Notes under the pieces: model-generated | The model's database searches: none | What the model was told of the DNA's origin: nothing | What the model saw: the letters and a program-made list of their open reading frames with translations, nothing else | Made by a program: the position numbers and the translations under genes | Shown here: positions 31,101 to 45,600 of the stretch, one piece after another | How positions within the stretch are numbered: position 1 is the stretch's first letter | Layout of the letters: each line of letters opens with the position of its first letter | From: Eledone cirrhosa | Taxonomy: Eukaryota | DNA length: 64,000 nucleotides | NCBI GenBank assembly: GCA_964016885.1 | Contig: OZ024743.1 | Coordinates: 306,032,001 to 306,096,000 of the forward strand | Direction: 5' to 3'

Positions 31101-34100
31101 TGGTAGTGTGATATGTATGGTAGTTCTACCAACTTACCATTGGTATTAAACGTAGCTGATGGTAGTGTGATATGCGTGGTTGATATACCACCTTACCATT
31201 GCTATTAAAATTAGCTGATGGTAATGTGAGAATGTATGGTAGATATGCCACCTTACCATTGGAATTCAGGTTAGCTGATGGTAATGTGAGAATGTATGGT
31301 AGATCTCCCACCTTACCATTGGTATTAAGGGTAGCTGATGGTAATGTGAGAATGTATGGTAGATCTACCACCTTACCATTGTTATTAAGGTTAGCTGACG
31401 GTAGTGTGATAGGTATGGTAGATCTACCACCTTACCATTGGTATTAAGATTATATGATGGTAATGTCATAATGTATGGTAGTTATGCCAGCTTACCATTG
31501 GTATTAAGGGTAGTTGATGGTAGTGTGATATGTATGCTAGATCTACCACCTTACCATTGGTATTAAGGGTAGTTGATGGTAGTATGATATGTATGATAGA
31601 TCTACCACCTTACCATTGGTATTAAGGGTAGCTGATGGTAATGTGAGAATGTATGGTAGATCTAACACCTTACCATTGGTATTAAGATTAGCTGATGGTA
31701 ATGTGAGAATGTATGGAAGATATGCCACCTTACCATTGGTATTAAGGGTAGCTGATGGTAATGTGACAATGTATGGTAGATATGCCACCTTACCATTGGT
31801 ATTAAGGGTAGCTGATGGTAGTGTGATATGTATGGTAGATCTACCACCTTATCATTGGTATTGAGGTTAGCTGATGATAATGTGAGAATGTATGGTAGAT
31901 CTCCCACCTTACCATTGGTATTAAGGGTAGCTGATGGTAATGTGAGAATGTATGGTAGATCTACCTCCTTACAATTGGTATTAAAGGTAGCTGATGGTAG
32001 TGTGATATTTATGGTACATCTCACAACTTACCATTGGTATTAGGGGTAGCTAATGTTATTGTGAGAATGTATGGTAGATCTGCCACCTTACCATTGGTAT
32101 TAAAGGTAGCTGATGGTAATGTATGGTAGATCTACCAACTTACCATTGTTATTAAAGGTAGCTGATTGTAGTGTGTGAATTTATGGTAGACCTACCACCT
32201 TACCATTGGTATTAAGGTTAGCTGATGGTAATGTGAGAATGTATGGTAGATCTCTCAACTTACCATTATTATTAAGGGTAGCTGATGGTATTGTCATATG
32301 TATGGTAGATATACCACTATACCATTGGTATTAAGGTTAGCTGATGGTAATATGAGAATGTATGGTAGATCTCCCACCTTACCATTGGTATTAAGGGTAG
32401 CTGGTGGTAATGTGAGAATATATGGTAGACCTACCACCTTACCATTGGTATTAAAGGTAGCTGATGGCAATGTGAGAATGTATGGTAGATCTGCCACCTT
32501 ACTATTGGTATTAAGGGTAGCTGATGGTAGTGTGATATGTATGGTATATCTACCACCTTACCATTGGTATTAAAGGTAGCTGATGGTATTGTGAGAATAT
32601 ATGTTAGATCTACCACCTTACCATTGGTATTAAAGATAGCTGATGATAATGTGAGAATGTATGGCAGATCTCCCACCTTACCATTGGTATTAAGGGTAGC
32701 TGGTGGTAGTGTGATATGTATTGTAGATCTAACACCTTACCAATGGTATTAAGATTAGCTGATGGTAATGTGAGAATGTATGGTAGATATGCCACCTTAC
32801 CATTGGTATTCAGGTTAGCTGATGGTAGTGTGATATGTATGGTAGATCTACCACCTTACCATTGGTATTAAGGGTAGCTGATGGTAATGTGAGAATGTAT
32901 GGTAGATCTACCACCTTACCATTGGTATTAAAGGTAGCTGATGGTAGTGTGATATGTATGGTAGATCTACCACCTTATCATTGGTATTAAGGTTAGCTGA
33001 TGGTAATGTGAGAATGTATGGTAGATCTACCACCTTACCATTGGTATTAAAGGTAGCTGATGGTAGTGTGATATGTATGGTAGATCTACCAATTTACCAT
33101 TGGTATTAAGGTTAGATGATGGTAATGTGAGAATGTATGGTAGATCTACCACCTTACCATTGGTATTAAACGTAGCTGATGGTAGTGTGTTATGCATGGT
33201 AGATCTACTACCTTACCATTGGTATTAAAATTAGCTGATGGTAATGTGAGAATGTATGGTAGATATGCCACCTTACCATTGGAATTCATGTTAGCTGATG
33301 GTAATGTGAGAATGTATGGTAGATCTCCCACCTTACCATTGGTATTAAGGTTAGCTGATGGTAGTGTGATATGTATGGTAGATCTACCACCTTACCATTG
33401 GTAGTAAGGGTAGTTGATGGTAGTGTGATATGTATGGTAGATCTACCACCTTACCATTGGTATTAAAATTAGCTGATGGTAATGTCATAATGTATGGTAG
33501 ATATGCCACCTTACCATTGGTATTAAGGGTAGTTGATGGTAGTGTGATATGTATGTTAGATCTACCAACTTATCATTGGTATTAAGGTTAGCTGATGGTA
33601 ATGTGAGAATGTATGGTAGATCTCCCACCTTACCATTGGTATTAAGGTTAGCTGATGTTAATGTGAGAATGTATGGCAGATCTCCCCCCATATCTTTGGT
33701 ATTAAGGTTAGATGATGGTAATGTGAGATTGTATGGTAGATCTACCACCTTATCATTGGTATTAAGGTTAGCTGATGGTAATGTGAGAATGTATGGTAGA
33801 TCTACCACCTTATCATTGGTATTAAGGTTAGCTGATGGTAGTGTGATATGTATGGTAGAACTACCACCTTACCATTGGTATTAAGATTAGCTGATGGTAA
33901 TGTGAGAATGTATGGAAGATATGCCACCTTACCATGGGTATTAAGGGTAGTTGATGGTAGTGTGATATGTATGCTAGATCTACCACCTTACCATTGGTAT
34001 TAAGGGTAGTTGATGGTAGTATGATATGTATGGTAGATCTCCCACCTTACCATTGGTATTAAGGGTAGCTGATGGTAATGTGAGAATGTATGGTAGATCT

Positions 34101-34453
34101 AACACCTTACCATTGGTATTAAGGCTAGCTGATGGTAGTGTGATATGTATGGTAGATCTACAACCTTACCATTGGTATTAAGGGTAGCTGATGGTAGTGT
34201 GATATGTATGGTAGAACTACCACCTTACCATTGGTATTAAGATTAGCTGATGGTAATGTGAGAATGTATGGAAGATATGCCACCTTACCATTGGTATTAA
34301 GGGTAGCTGATGGTAATGTGACAATGTATGGTAGATATGCCACCTTACCATTGGTATTAAGGGTAGCTGATGGTAGTGTGATATGTATGGTAGATCTACC
34401 ACCTTATCATTGGTATTGAGGTTAGCTAATGGTAATGTGAGAATGTATGGTAG

Positions 34454-37400
34454 ATCTCCCACCTTACCATTGGTGTTAAGGGTAGCTGATGGTAATGTGA
34501 GAATGTATGGTAGATCTCCCACCTTACCATTGGTATTAAAGGTAGCTGATGGTAGTGTGAGAATGTATGGTAGATCTCCCACCTTACCATTGATATTAAG
34601 GTTAGCTGATGGTAGTGTGATATGTATGGTACATCTCCCAACTTATCATTGGTATTAGGGGTAGCTAATGTTATTGTGAGAATGTATGGTAGATCTACCA
34701 CCATACCATTGGTATTAAAGGTAGCTGATGGTAGTGTGTGAATTTATGGTAGATCTACCACCTTACCATTCGTATTAAGGTTAGCTAATGGTAATGTGAG
34801 ATTGTATGGTAGATCTCTCAACTTACCTTTAGTATTAAGGGTAGCTGATGGTATTGTCATATGTATGGTAGATATACCAACATACCATTGGTATTAAGGT
34901 TAGCTGATGGTAATATGAGAATGTATGGTAGATCTCCCACCTTACCATTGGTATTAAGGGTAGCTGATGGTAATGTGAGAATATATGGTAGACCCACCAC
35001 CTTACCATTGGTATTAAAGTTAGCTGATGGTAATGTGAGAATGTATGGTAGATCTGCCACCTTTCTATTGGTATTAAGGGTAGCTGGTGGTAGTGTGATA
35101 TGTATTGTAGATCTAACACCTTACCAATGGTATTAAGATTAGCTGATGGTAATGTGAGAATGTATGGTAGATATGCCACCTTACCATTGGTATTCAGGTT
35201 AGCTGATGGTAGTGTGATATGTATGGTAGATCTACCACCTTACCATTGGTATTAAGGGTAGCTGATGGTAATGTGAGAATGTATGCTAGATCTACCACCT
35301 TACCATTGGTATTAAAGGTAGCTGATGGTAGTGTGATATGTATGGTAGATCTACCAACTTATCATTGGTATTAAGGTTAGCTGATGGTAATGTGAGAATG
35401 TATGGTAGATCTACCACCTTACCATTGGTATTAAAGGTAGCTGATGGTAGTGTGATATGTATGGTAGATCTACCAATTTACCATTGGTATTAAGGTTAGA
35501 TGATGGTAATGTGAGAATGTATGGTAGATCTACCACCGTACCATTGGTATTAAACGTAGCTGATGGTAGTGTGTTATGCATGGTAGATCTACCACCTTAC
35601 CATTGGTATTAAAATTAGCTGATGGTAATGTGAGAATGTATGGTAGATATGCCACCTTACCATTGGAATTCAGGTTAGCTGATGGTAATGTGAGAATGTA
35701 TGGTAGATCTCCCACCTTACCATTGGCATTAAGGGTAGCTGATGGTAATGTGAGAATGTATGGTAGATCTACCACCTTACCATTGTTATTAAGGTTAGCT
35801 GATGTTAGTGTGATAGGTATGGTACATCTCCCAACTTACCATTGGTATTAGGGGTAGCTAATGTTATTGTGAGAATGTATGGTAGATCTACCACCTTACC
35901 ATTGTTATTAAAGGTAGCTGATGGTAGTGTGTGAATTTATGGTAGATCTACCACCTTACCATTGGTATTAAGGTTAGCTAATGGTAATGTGAGAATGTAT
36001 GGTAGATCTCTCAACTTACCATTAGTATTAAGGGTAGCTGATGGTATTGTCATATGTATGGTAGATATACCACCATACCATTGGTATTAAGGTTAGCTGA
36101 TGGTAATATGAGAATGTATGGTAGATCTCCCACCTTACCATTGGTATTAAGGGTAGCTGATGGTAATGTGAGAATATATGGTAGACCTACCACCTTACCA
36201 TTGGTATTAAAGGTAGCTGATGGTAATGTGAGAATATATGGTAGATCTGCCACCTTACTATTGGTATTAAGGGTAGCTGATGGTAGTGTGATATGTATGG
36301 TATATCTCCCACCTTACCATTGGTGTTAAGGGTAGCTGATGGTAATGTGAGAATGTATGGTAGATCTCCCACCTTACCATTGGTATTAAAGGTAGCTGAT
36401 GGTAGTGTGAGAATGTATGGTAGATCTCCCACCTTACCATTGATATTAAGGTTAGCTGATGGTAGTGTGATATGTATGGTACATCTCCCAACTTATCATT
36501 GGTATTAGGGGTAGCTAATGTTATTGTGAGAATGTATGGTAGATCTACCACCATACCATTGGTATTAAAGGTAGCTGATGGTAGTGTGTGAATTTATGGT
36601 AGATCTACCACCTTACCATTCGTATTAAGGTTAGCTAATGGTAATGTGAGATTGTATGGTAGATCTCTCAACTTACCTTTAGTATTAAGGGTAGCTGATG
36701 GTATTGTCATATGTATGGTAGATATACCAACATACCATTGGTATTAAGGTTAGCTGATGGTAATATGAGAATGTATGGTAGATCTCCCACCTTACCATTG
36801 GTATTAAGGGTAGCTGATGGTAATGTGAGAATATATGGTAGACCCACCACCTTACCATTGGTATTAAAGTTAGCTGATGGTAATGTGAGAATGTATGGTA
36901 GATCTGCCACCTTTCTATTGGTATTAAGGGTAGCTGGTGGTAGTGTGATATGTATTGTAGATCTAACACCTTACCAATGGTATTAAGATTAGCTGATAGT
37001 AATGTGAGAATGTATGGTAGATATGCCACCTTACCATTGGTATTCAGGTTAGCTGATGGTAGTGTGATATGTATGGTAGATCTACCACCTTACCATTGGT
37101 ATTAAGGGTAGCTGATGGTAATGTGAGAATGTATGCTAGATCTACCACCTTACCATTGGTATTAAAGGTAGCTGATGGTAGTGTGATATGTATGGTAGAT
37201 CTACCAACTTATCATTGGTATTAAGGTTAGCTGATGGTAATGTGAGAATGTATGGTAGATCTACCACCTTACCATTGGTATTAAAGGTAGCTGATGGTAG
37301 TGTGATATGTATGGTAGATCTACCAATTTACCATTGGTATTAAGGTTAGATGATGGTAATGTGAGAATGTATGGTAGATCTACCACCGTACCATTGGTAT

Positions 37401-38157
37401 TAAACGTAGCTGATGGTAGTGTGTTATGCATGGTAGATCTACCACCTTACCATTGGTATTAAAATTAGCTGATGGTAATGTGAGAATGTATGGTAGATAT
37501 GCCACCTTACCATTGGAATTCAGGTTAGCTGATGGTAATGTGAGAATGTATGGTAGATCTCCCACCTTACCATTGGCATTAAGGGTAGCTGATGGTAATG
37601 TGAGAATGTATGGTAGATCTACCACCTTACCATTGTTATTAAGGTTAGCTGATGTTAGTGTGATAGGTATGGTACATCTCCCAACTTACCATTGGTATTA
37701 GGGGTAGCTAATGTTATTGTGAGAATGTATGGTAGATCTACCACCTTACCATTGTTATTAAAGGTAGCTGATGGTAGTGTGTGAATTTATGGTAGATCTA
37801 CCACCTTACCATTGGTATTAAGGTTAGCTAATGGTAATGTGAGAATGTATGGTAGATCTCTCAACTTACCATTAGTATTAAGGGTAGCTGATGGTATTGT
37901 CATATGTATGGTAGATATACCACCATACCATTGGTATTAAGGTTAGCTGATGGTAATATGAGAATGTATGGTAGATCTCCCACCTTACCATTGGTATTAA
38001 GGGTAGCTGATGGTAATGTGAGAATATATGGTAGACCTACCACCTTACCATTGGTATTAAAGGTAGCTGATGGTAATGTGAGAATATATGGTAGATCTGC
38101 CACCTTACTATTGGTATTAAGGGTAGCTGATGGTAGTGTGATATGTATGGTATATCT
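34454..38157. repeat. Tandem duplication, period 1850 bp (~31 monomers), two copies
   Basis: ORFs 34835->36685, 35530->37380 and 36050->37900; shared rare variants TGGTGTTAAG, CATTCGTATT, CCACCGTA and CTTTCTATTG; one substitution noticed (35148 G / 36998 A). Confidence 0.92.
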
Positions 38158-41100
38158 ACCACCTTACCAATGGTATTAAGATTAGCTGATGGTAATGTGA
38201 GAATGTATGGTAGATATGCCACCTTACCATTGGTTTTCAGGTTAGCTGATGGTAGTGTGATATGTATGGTAGATCTACCACCTTACCATTGGTATTAAGG
38301 GTAGCTGATGGTAATGTGAGAATGTATGGTAGATCTACCACCTTACCATTGGTATTAAAGGTAGCTGATGGTAGTGTGATATGTATGGTAGATCTACCAA
38401 TTTACCATTGGTATTAAGGTTAGATGATGGTAATGTGAGAATATATGGTAGATCTACCACCTTACCATTGGTATTAAACGTAGCTGATGGTAGTGTGTTA
38501 TGCATGGTAGATCTACAACCTTACCATTGGTATTAAAATTAGCTGATGGTAATGTGAGAATGTATGGTAGATATGCCACCTTACCATTGGAATTCAGGTT
38601 AGCTGATGGTAATGTGAGAATGTATGGTAGATCTCCCACCTTACCATTGGTATTAAGGGTAGCTGATGGTAGTGTGATATGTATGGTAGATCTACCACCT
38701 TACCATTGGTATTAAGGGTAGTTGATGGTAGTGTGATATGTATGGTAGATCTACCACCTTACCATTGGTATTAAGGGTAGCTGATGGTAATGTGAGAATG
38801 TATGGTAGATCTACCACCTTACCATTGGTATTAAGGTTAGCTGATGGTAGTGTGATATGTATGGTAGATCTACCACCTTACCATTGGTATTAAGGGTAGC
38901 TGATGGTAGTGTGATATGTATGGTAGAACTACCACCTTATCATTGGTATTAAGATTAGCTGATGGTAATGTGAGAATGTATGGTAGATCTACCACCTTAC
39001 CATTGGTATTAAAGGTAGCTGATGGTAGTGTGATATGTATCGTAGATCTACAAACTTACCATTGGTATTAAGGTTAGATGATGGTAATGTGAGAATGTAT
39101 TGTAGATCTACCACCTTACATTGGTATTAAAGGTAGCTGATGGTAGTGTGATATGCATGGTAGATCTACCACCTTACCATTGGTATTAAAATCAGCTGAT
39201 GGTAATGTGAGAATGTATGGTAGATATGCCACCTTACCATTGGAATTCAGGTTAGCTGATGGTAATGTGAGAATGTATGGTAGATCTCCCACCTTACCAT
39301 TGGCATTAAGGGTAGCTGATGGTAATGTGAGAATGTATGGTAGATCTACCACCTTACCATTGTTATTAAGGTTAGCTGATGGTAGTGTGATAGGTATGGT
39401 AGATCTACCACCTTACCATTGGTATTAAGGGTAGCTGATGGTAATGTGAGAATGTATGGTAGATCTATCACCTTACCATTGGTATTAAAGGTAGCTGATG
39501 GTAGTGTGATATGTATGGTAGTTCTACCAACTTACCATTGGTATTAAGGTTAGATGATGGTGATGTGAGAATGTATGGTAGATCTACCACCTTAGCATTG
39601 GTATTAAACGTAGCTGATGGTAGTGTGATATGCGTGGTAGATATACCACCCTACCATTGGTATTAAAATTAGCTGATGGTAATGTGAGAATGTGTGGTAG
39701 ATATGCCACCTTACCATTGGAATTCAGGTTAGCTGATGGTAATGTGAGAATGTATGGTAGATCTGCCACCTTACTATTGGTATTAAGGGTAGCTGATGGT
39801 AGTGTGATATGTATGGTATATCTACCACCTTACCATTGGTATTAAAGGTAGCTGATGGTATTGTGAGAATATATGGTAGATCTACCACCTTACCATTGGT
39901 ATTAAAGATAGCTGATGGTAATGTGAGAATGTATGGCAGATCTCCCACCTTACCATTGGTATTAAGGGTAGCTGGTGGTAGTGTGATATGTATTGTAGAT
40001 CTAACACCTTACCAATGGTATTAAGATTAGCTGATGGTAATGTGAGAATGTATGGTAGATATGCCACCTTACCATTGGTATTCAGGTTAGCTGATGGTAG
40101 TGTGATATGTATGGTAGATCTACCACCTTACCATTGGTATTAAGGGTAGCTGATGGTAATGTGAGAATGTATGCTAGATCTACCACCTTACCATTGGTAT
40201 TAAAGGTAGCTGATGGTAGTGTGATATGTATGGTAGATCTACCACCTTATCATTGGTATTAAGGTTAGCTGATGGTAATGTGAGAATGTATGGTAGATCT
40301 ACCACCTTACCATTGGTATTAAAGGTAGCTGATGGTAGTGTGATATGTATGGTAGATCTACCAATTTACCATTTGTATTAAGGTTAGATGATGGTAATGT
40401 GAGAATGTATGGTAGATCTACCACCTTACCATTGGTATTAAACGTAGCTGATGGTAGTGTGTTATGCATGGTAGATCTACCACCTTACCATTGGTATTAA
40501 AATTAGCTGATGGTAATGTGAGAATGTATGGTAGATCTCCCACCTTACCATTGGCATTAAGGGTAGCTGATGGTAATGTGAGAATGTATGGTAGATCTAC
40601 CACCTTACCATTGTTATTAAGGGTAGCTGATGGTAGTGTGATAGGTATGGTACATCTTCCAACTTACCATTGGTATTAGGGGTAGCTAATGTTATTGTGA
40701 GAATGTATGGTAGATCTACCACCTTACCATTGTTATTAAAGGTAGCTGATGGTAGTGTGTGAATTTATGGTAGATCTACCACCTTACCATTGGTATTAAG
40801 GTTAGCTGATGGTAGTGTGATATGTATGCTAGATCTACCACCTCACCATTGGTATTAAGGGTAGTTGATGGTAGTATGATATGTATGATAGATCTACCAC
40901 CTTACCATTGGTATTAAGGGTAGCTGATGGTAATGTGAGAATGTATGGTAGATCTAACACCTTACCATTGGTATTAAGGCAAGCTGATGGTAGTGTGATA
41001 TGTATGGTAGATCTACGACCTCACCATTGGTATTAAGGGTAGCTGATGGCAGTGTGATATGTATGGTAGAACTACCACCTTACCATTGGTATTAAGATTA

Positions 41101-42500
41101 GCTGATGGTAATGTGAGAATGTATGGAAGATATGCCACCTTACCATTGGTATTAAGGGTAGCTGATTGTAATGTGACAATGTATGGTAGATATGCCACCT
41201 TACCATTGGTATTAAGGGTAGCTGATGGTAGTGTGATATGTATGGTAGATCTACCACCTTATCATTGGTATTGAGGTTAGCTGATGATAATGTGAGAATG
41301 TATGGTAGATCTCCCACCTTACCATTGGTATTAAGGGTAGCTGATGGTAATGTGAGAATGTATGGTAGATCTACCTCCTTACAATTGGTATTAAAGGTAG
41401 CTGATGGTAGTGTGATATGTATGGTAGAACTACCACCTTACCATTAGTATTAAGATTAGCTGATGGTAATGTGAGAATGTATGGAAGATATGCCACCTTA
41501 CCATCGGTATTAAGGGTAGCTGATGGTAATGTGACAATGTATGGTAGATATGCCACCTTACCATTGGTATTAAGGGTAGCTGATGGTAGTGTGATATGTA
41601 TGGTAGATCTACCACCTTATCATTGGTATTGAGGTTAGCTGATGGTAATGTGAGAATGTATGGTAGATCTCCCACCTTACCATTGGTATTAAAGGTAGCT
41701 GATGGTAGTGTGAGAATGTATGGTAGATCTCCCACCTTACCATTGATATTAAGGTTAGCTGATGGTAGTGTGATATTTATGGTACATCTCCCAACTTACC
41801 ATTGGTATTTGGGGTAGCTAATGTTATTGTGAGAATGTATGGTAGATCTGCCACCTTATCATTGGTATTGAGGTTAGCTGATGGTAATGTGAGAATGTAT
41901 GGTAGATCTCCCACCTTACCATTGGTATTAAAGGTAGCTGATGGTAGTGTGAGAATGTATGGTAGATCTCCCACCTTACCATTGATATTAAGGTTAGCTG
42001 ATGGTAGTGTGATATTTATGGTACATCTCCCAACTTACCATTGGTATTAGGGGTAGCTAATGTTATTGTGAGAATGTATGGTAGATCTGCCACCTTACCA
42101 TTGGTATTAAAGGTAGCTGATGGTAATGTATGGTAGATCTACCAACTTACCATTGTTATTAAAGGTATCTGATGGTAGTGTGTGAATTTATGGTAGACCT
42201 ACCACCTTACCATTGGTATTAAGGTTAGCTGATGGTAATGTGAGAATGTATGGTAGATCTCTCAACTTACCATTATTATTAAGGGTAGCTGATGGTATTG
42301 TCATATGTATGGTAGATATACCACCATACCATTTGTATTAAGGTTAGCTGATGGTAATGTGAGAATGTATGGTAGATCTCCCACCTTACCATTGGTATTA
42401 AGGGTAGCTGGTGGTAATGTGAGAATATATGGTAGACCTACCACCTTAGCATTGGTATTAAAGGTAGCTGATGGTAATGTGAGAATGTATGGTAGATCTG

Positions 42501-42629
42501 CCACCTTACTATTGGTATTAATGTGACAATGTATGGTAGATATGCCACCTTACTATTGGTATTAATGTGACAATGTATGGTAGATATGCCACCTTACCAT
42601 TGGTAATGTGAGAATGTATGGTAGATCTG
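42501..42629. other. 129-bp rearrangement of three truncated monomers (44+44+41 bp)
   Basis: CCACCTTACTATTGGTATTAATGTGACAATGTATGGTAGATATG occurs twice (42501-42544, 42545-42588), followed by a 41-bp unit. The offset to the paralogous block changes from 10007 (32294->42301) to 10136 (32610->42746), a difference of 129. Confidence 0.88.
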
Positions 42630-45600
42630 CCACCTTACTATTGGTATTAAGGGTAGCTGATGGTAGTGTGATACGTATGGTATATCTACCACCTTACCAT
42701 TGGTATTAAAGGTAGCAGATGGTATTGTGAGAATATATGTTAGATCTACCACCTTACCATTGGTATTAAAGATAGCTGATGATAATGTGAGAATGTATGG
42801 CAGATCTCCCACCTTACCATTGGTATTAAGGGTAGCTGGTGGTAGTGTGATATGTATTGTAGATCTAACACCTTACCAATGGTATTAAGATTAGCTGATG
42901 GTAATGTGAGAATGTATGGTAGATATGCCACCTTACCATTGGTATTCAGGTCAGCTGATGGTAGTGTGATATGTATGGTAGATCTACCACCTTACCATTG
43001 GTATTAAGGGTAGCTGATGGTAATGTGAGAATGTATGGTAGATCTACCACCTTACCATTGGTATTAAAGGTAGCTGATGGTAGTGTGATATGTATGGTAG
43101 ATCTACCACCTTATCATTGGTATTAAGGTTAGCTGATGGTAATGTGAGAATGTATGGTAGATCTACCACCTTACCATTGGTATTAAAGGTAGCTGATGGT
43201 AGTGTGATATGTATGGTAGATCTACCAATTTACCATTGGTATTAAGGTTAGATGATGGTAATGTGAGAATGTATGGTAGATCTACCACCTTACCATTGGT
43301 ATTAAACGTAGCTGATGGTAGTGTGTTATGCATGGTAGATCTACCACCTTACCATTGGTATTAAAATTAGCTGATGGTAATGTGAGAATGTATGGTAGAT
43401 ATGCCACCTTACCATTGGAATTCAGGTTAGCTGATGGTAATGTGAGAATGTATGGTAGATCTCCCACCTTACCATTGGTATTAAGGGTAGCTGATGGTAG
43501 TGTCATATGTATGGTAGATCTACCACCTTACCATTGGTAGTAAGGGTAGTTGATGGTAGTGTGATATGTATGGTAGATCTACCACCTTACCATTGGTATT
43601 AAACGTAGCTGATGGTAGTGTGATATGCGTGGTAGATATACCACCTTACCATTGGTATTAAAATTAGCTGATGGTAATGTGAGAATGTATGGTAGATATG
43701 CCACCTTACCATTGGAATTCAGGTTAGCTGATGGTAATGTGAGAATGTATGGTAGATCTCCCACCTTACCATTGGTATTAAGGGTAGCTGATGGTAATGT
43801 GAGAATGTATGGTAGATCTACCACCTTACCATTGTTATTAAGGTTAGCTGACGGTAGTGTGATAGGTATGGTAGATCTACCACCTTACCATTGGTATTAA
43901 GATTATCTGATGGTAATGTCATAATGTATGGTAGATATGCCACCTTACCATTGGTATTAAGGGTAGTTGATGGTAGTGTGATATGTATGGTAGATCTACC
44001 AACTTATCATTGGTATTAAGGTTAGCTGATGGTAATGTGAGAATGTATGGTAGATCTCCCACCTTATCATTGGTATTAAGGTTAGCTGATGTTAATGTGA
44101 GAATGTATGGCAGATCTCCCCCCATATCTTTGGTATTAAGGTTAGCTGATGGTAATGTGAGAATGTATGGTAGATCTACCACCTTATCATTGGTATTAAG
44201 GTTAGCTGATGGTAATGTGAGAATGTATGGTAGATCTACCACCTTATCATTGGTATTAAGGTTAGCTGATGGTAGTGTGATATGTATGGTAGAACTACCA
44301 CCTTACCATTGGTATTAAGATTAGCTGATGGTAATGTGAGAATGTATGGAAGATATGCCACCTTACCATTGGTATTAAGGGTAGTTGATGGTAGTGTGAT
44401 ATGTATGCTAGATCTACCACCTTACCATTGGTATTAAGGGTAGTTGATGGTAGTATGATATGTATGGTAGATCTCCCACCTTACCATTGGTATTAAGGGT
44501 AGCTGATGGTAATGTGAGAATGTATGGTAGATCTAACACCTTACCATTGGTATTAAGGCTAGCTGATGGTAGTGTGATATGTATGGTAGATCTACAACCT
44601 TACCATTGGTATTAAGGGTAGCTGATGGTAGTGTGATATGTATGGTAGAACTACCACCTTACCATTGGTATTAAGATTAGCTGATGGTAATGTGAGAATG
44701 TATGGAAGATATGCCACCTTACCATTGGTATTAAGGGTAGCTGATGGTAATGTGACAATGTATGGTAGATATGCCACCTTACCATTGGTATTAAGGGTAG
44801 CTGATGGTAGTGTGATATGTATGGTAGATCTACCACCTTATCATTGGTATTAAGGTTAGCTAATGGTAATGTGAGAATGTATGGTAGATCTCCCACCTTA
44901 CCATTGGTATTAAGGGTAGCTGATGGTAATGTGAGAATGTATGGTAGATCTCCCACCTTACCATTGGTATTAAAGGTAGCTGATGGTAGTGTGAGAATGT
45001 ATGGTAGATCTCCCACCTTATCATTGATATTAAGGTTAGCTGAGGGTAGTGTGATATGTATGGTACATCTCCCAACTTACCATTGGTATTAGGGGTAGCT
45101 AATGTTATTGTGAGAATGTATGGTAGATCTACCACCTTACCATTGGTATTAAAGGTAGCTGATGGTAATGTATGGTAGATCTACCAACTTACGATTGTTA
45201 TTAAAGGTAGCTGATGGTAGTGTGTGAATTTATGGTAGATCTACCACCTTACCATTGGTATTAAGGTTAGCTAATGGTAATGTGAGATTGTATGGTAGAT
45301 CTCTCAACTTACCATTAGTATTAAGGGTAGCTGATGGTATTGTCATATGTATGGTAGATATACCAACATACCATTGGTATTAAGGTTAGCTGATGGTAAT
45401 ATGAGAATGTATGGTAGATCTCCCACCTTACCATTGGTATTAAGGGTAGCTGATGGTAATGTGAGAATATATGGTAGACCTACCACCTTACCATTGGTAT
45501 TAAAGGTAGCTGATGGTAATGTGAGAATGTATGGTAGATCTGCCACCTTACTCTTGGTATTAAGGGTAGCTGATGGTAGTGTGATATGTATGGTATATCT

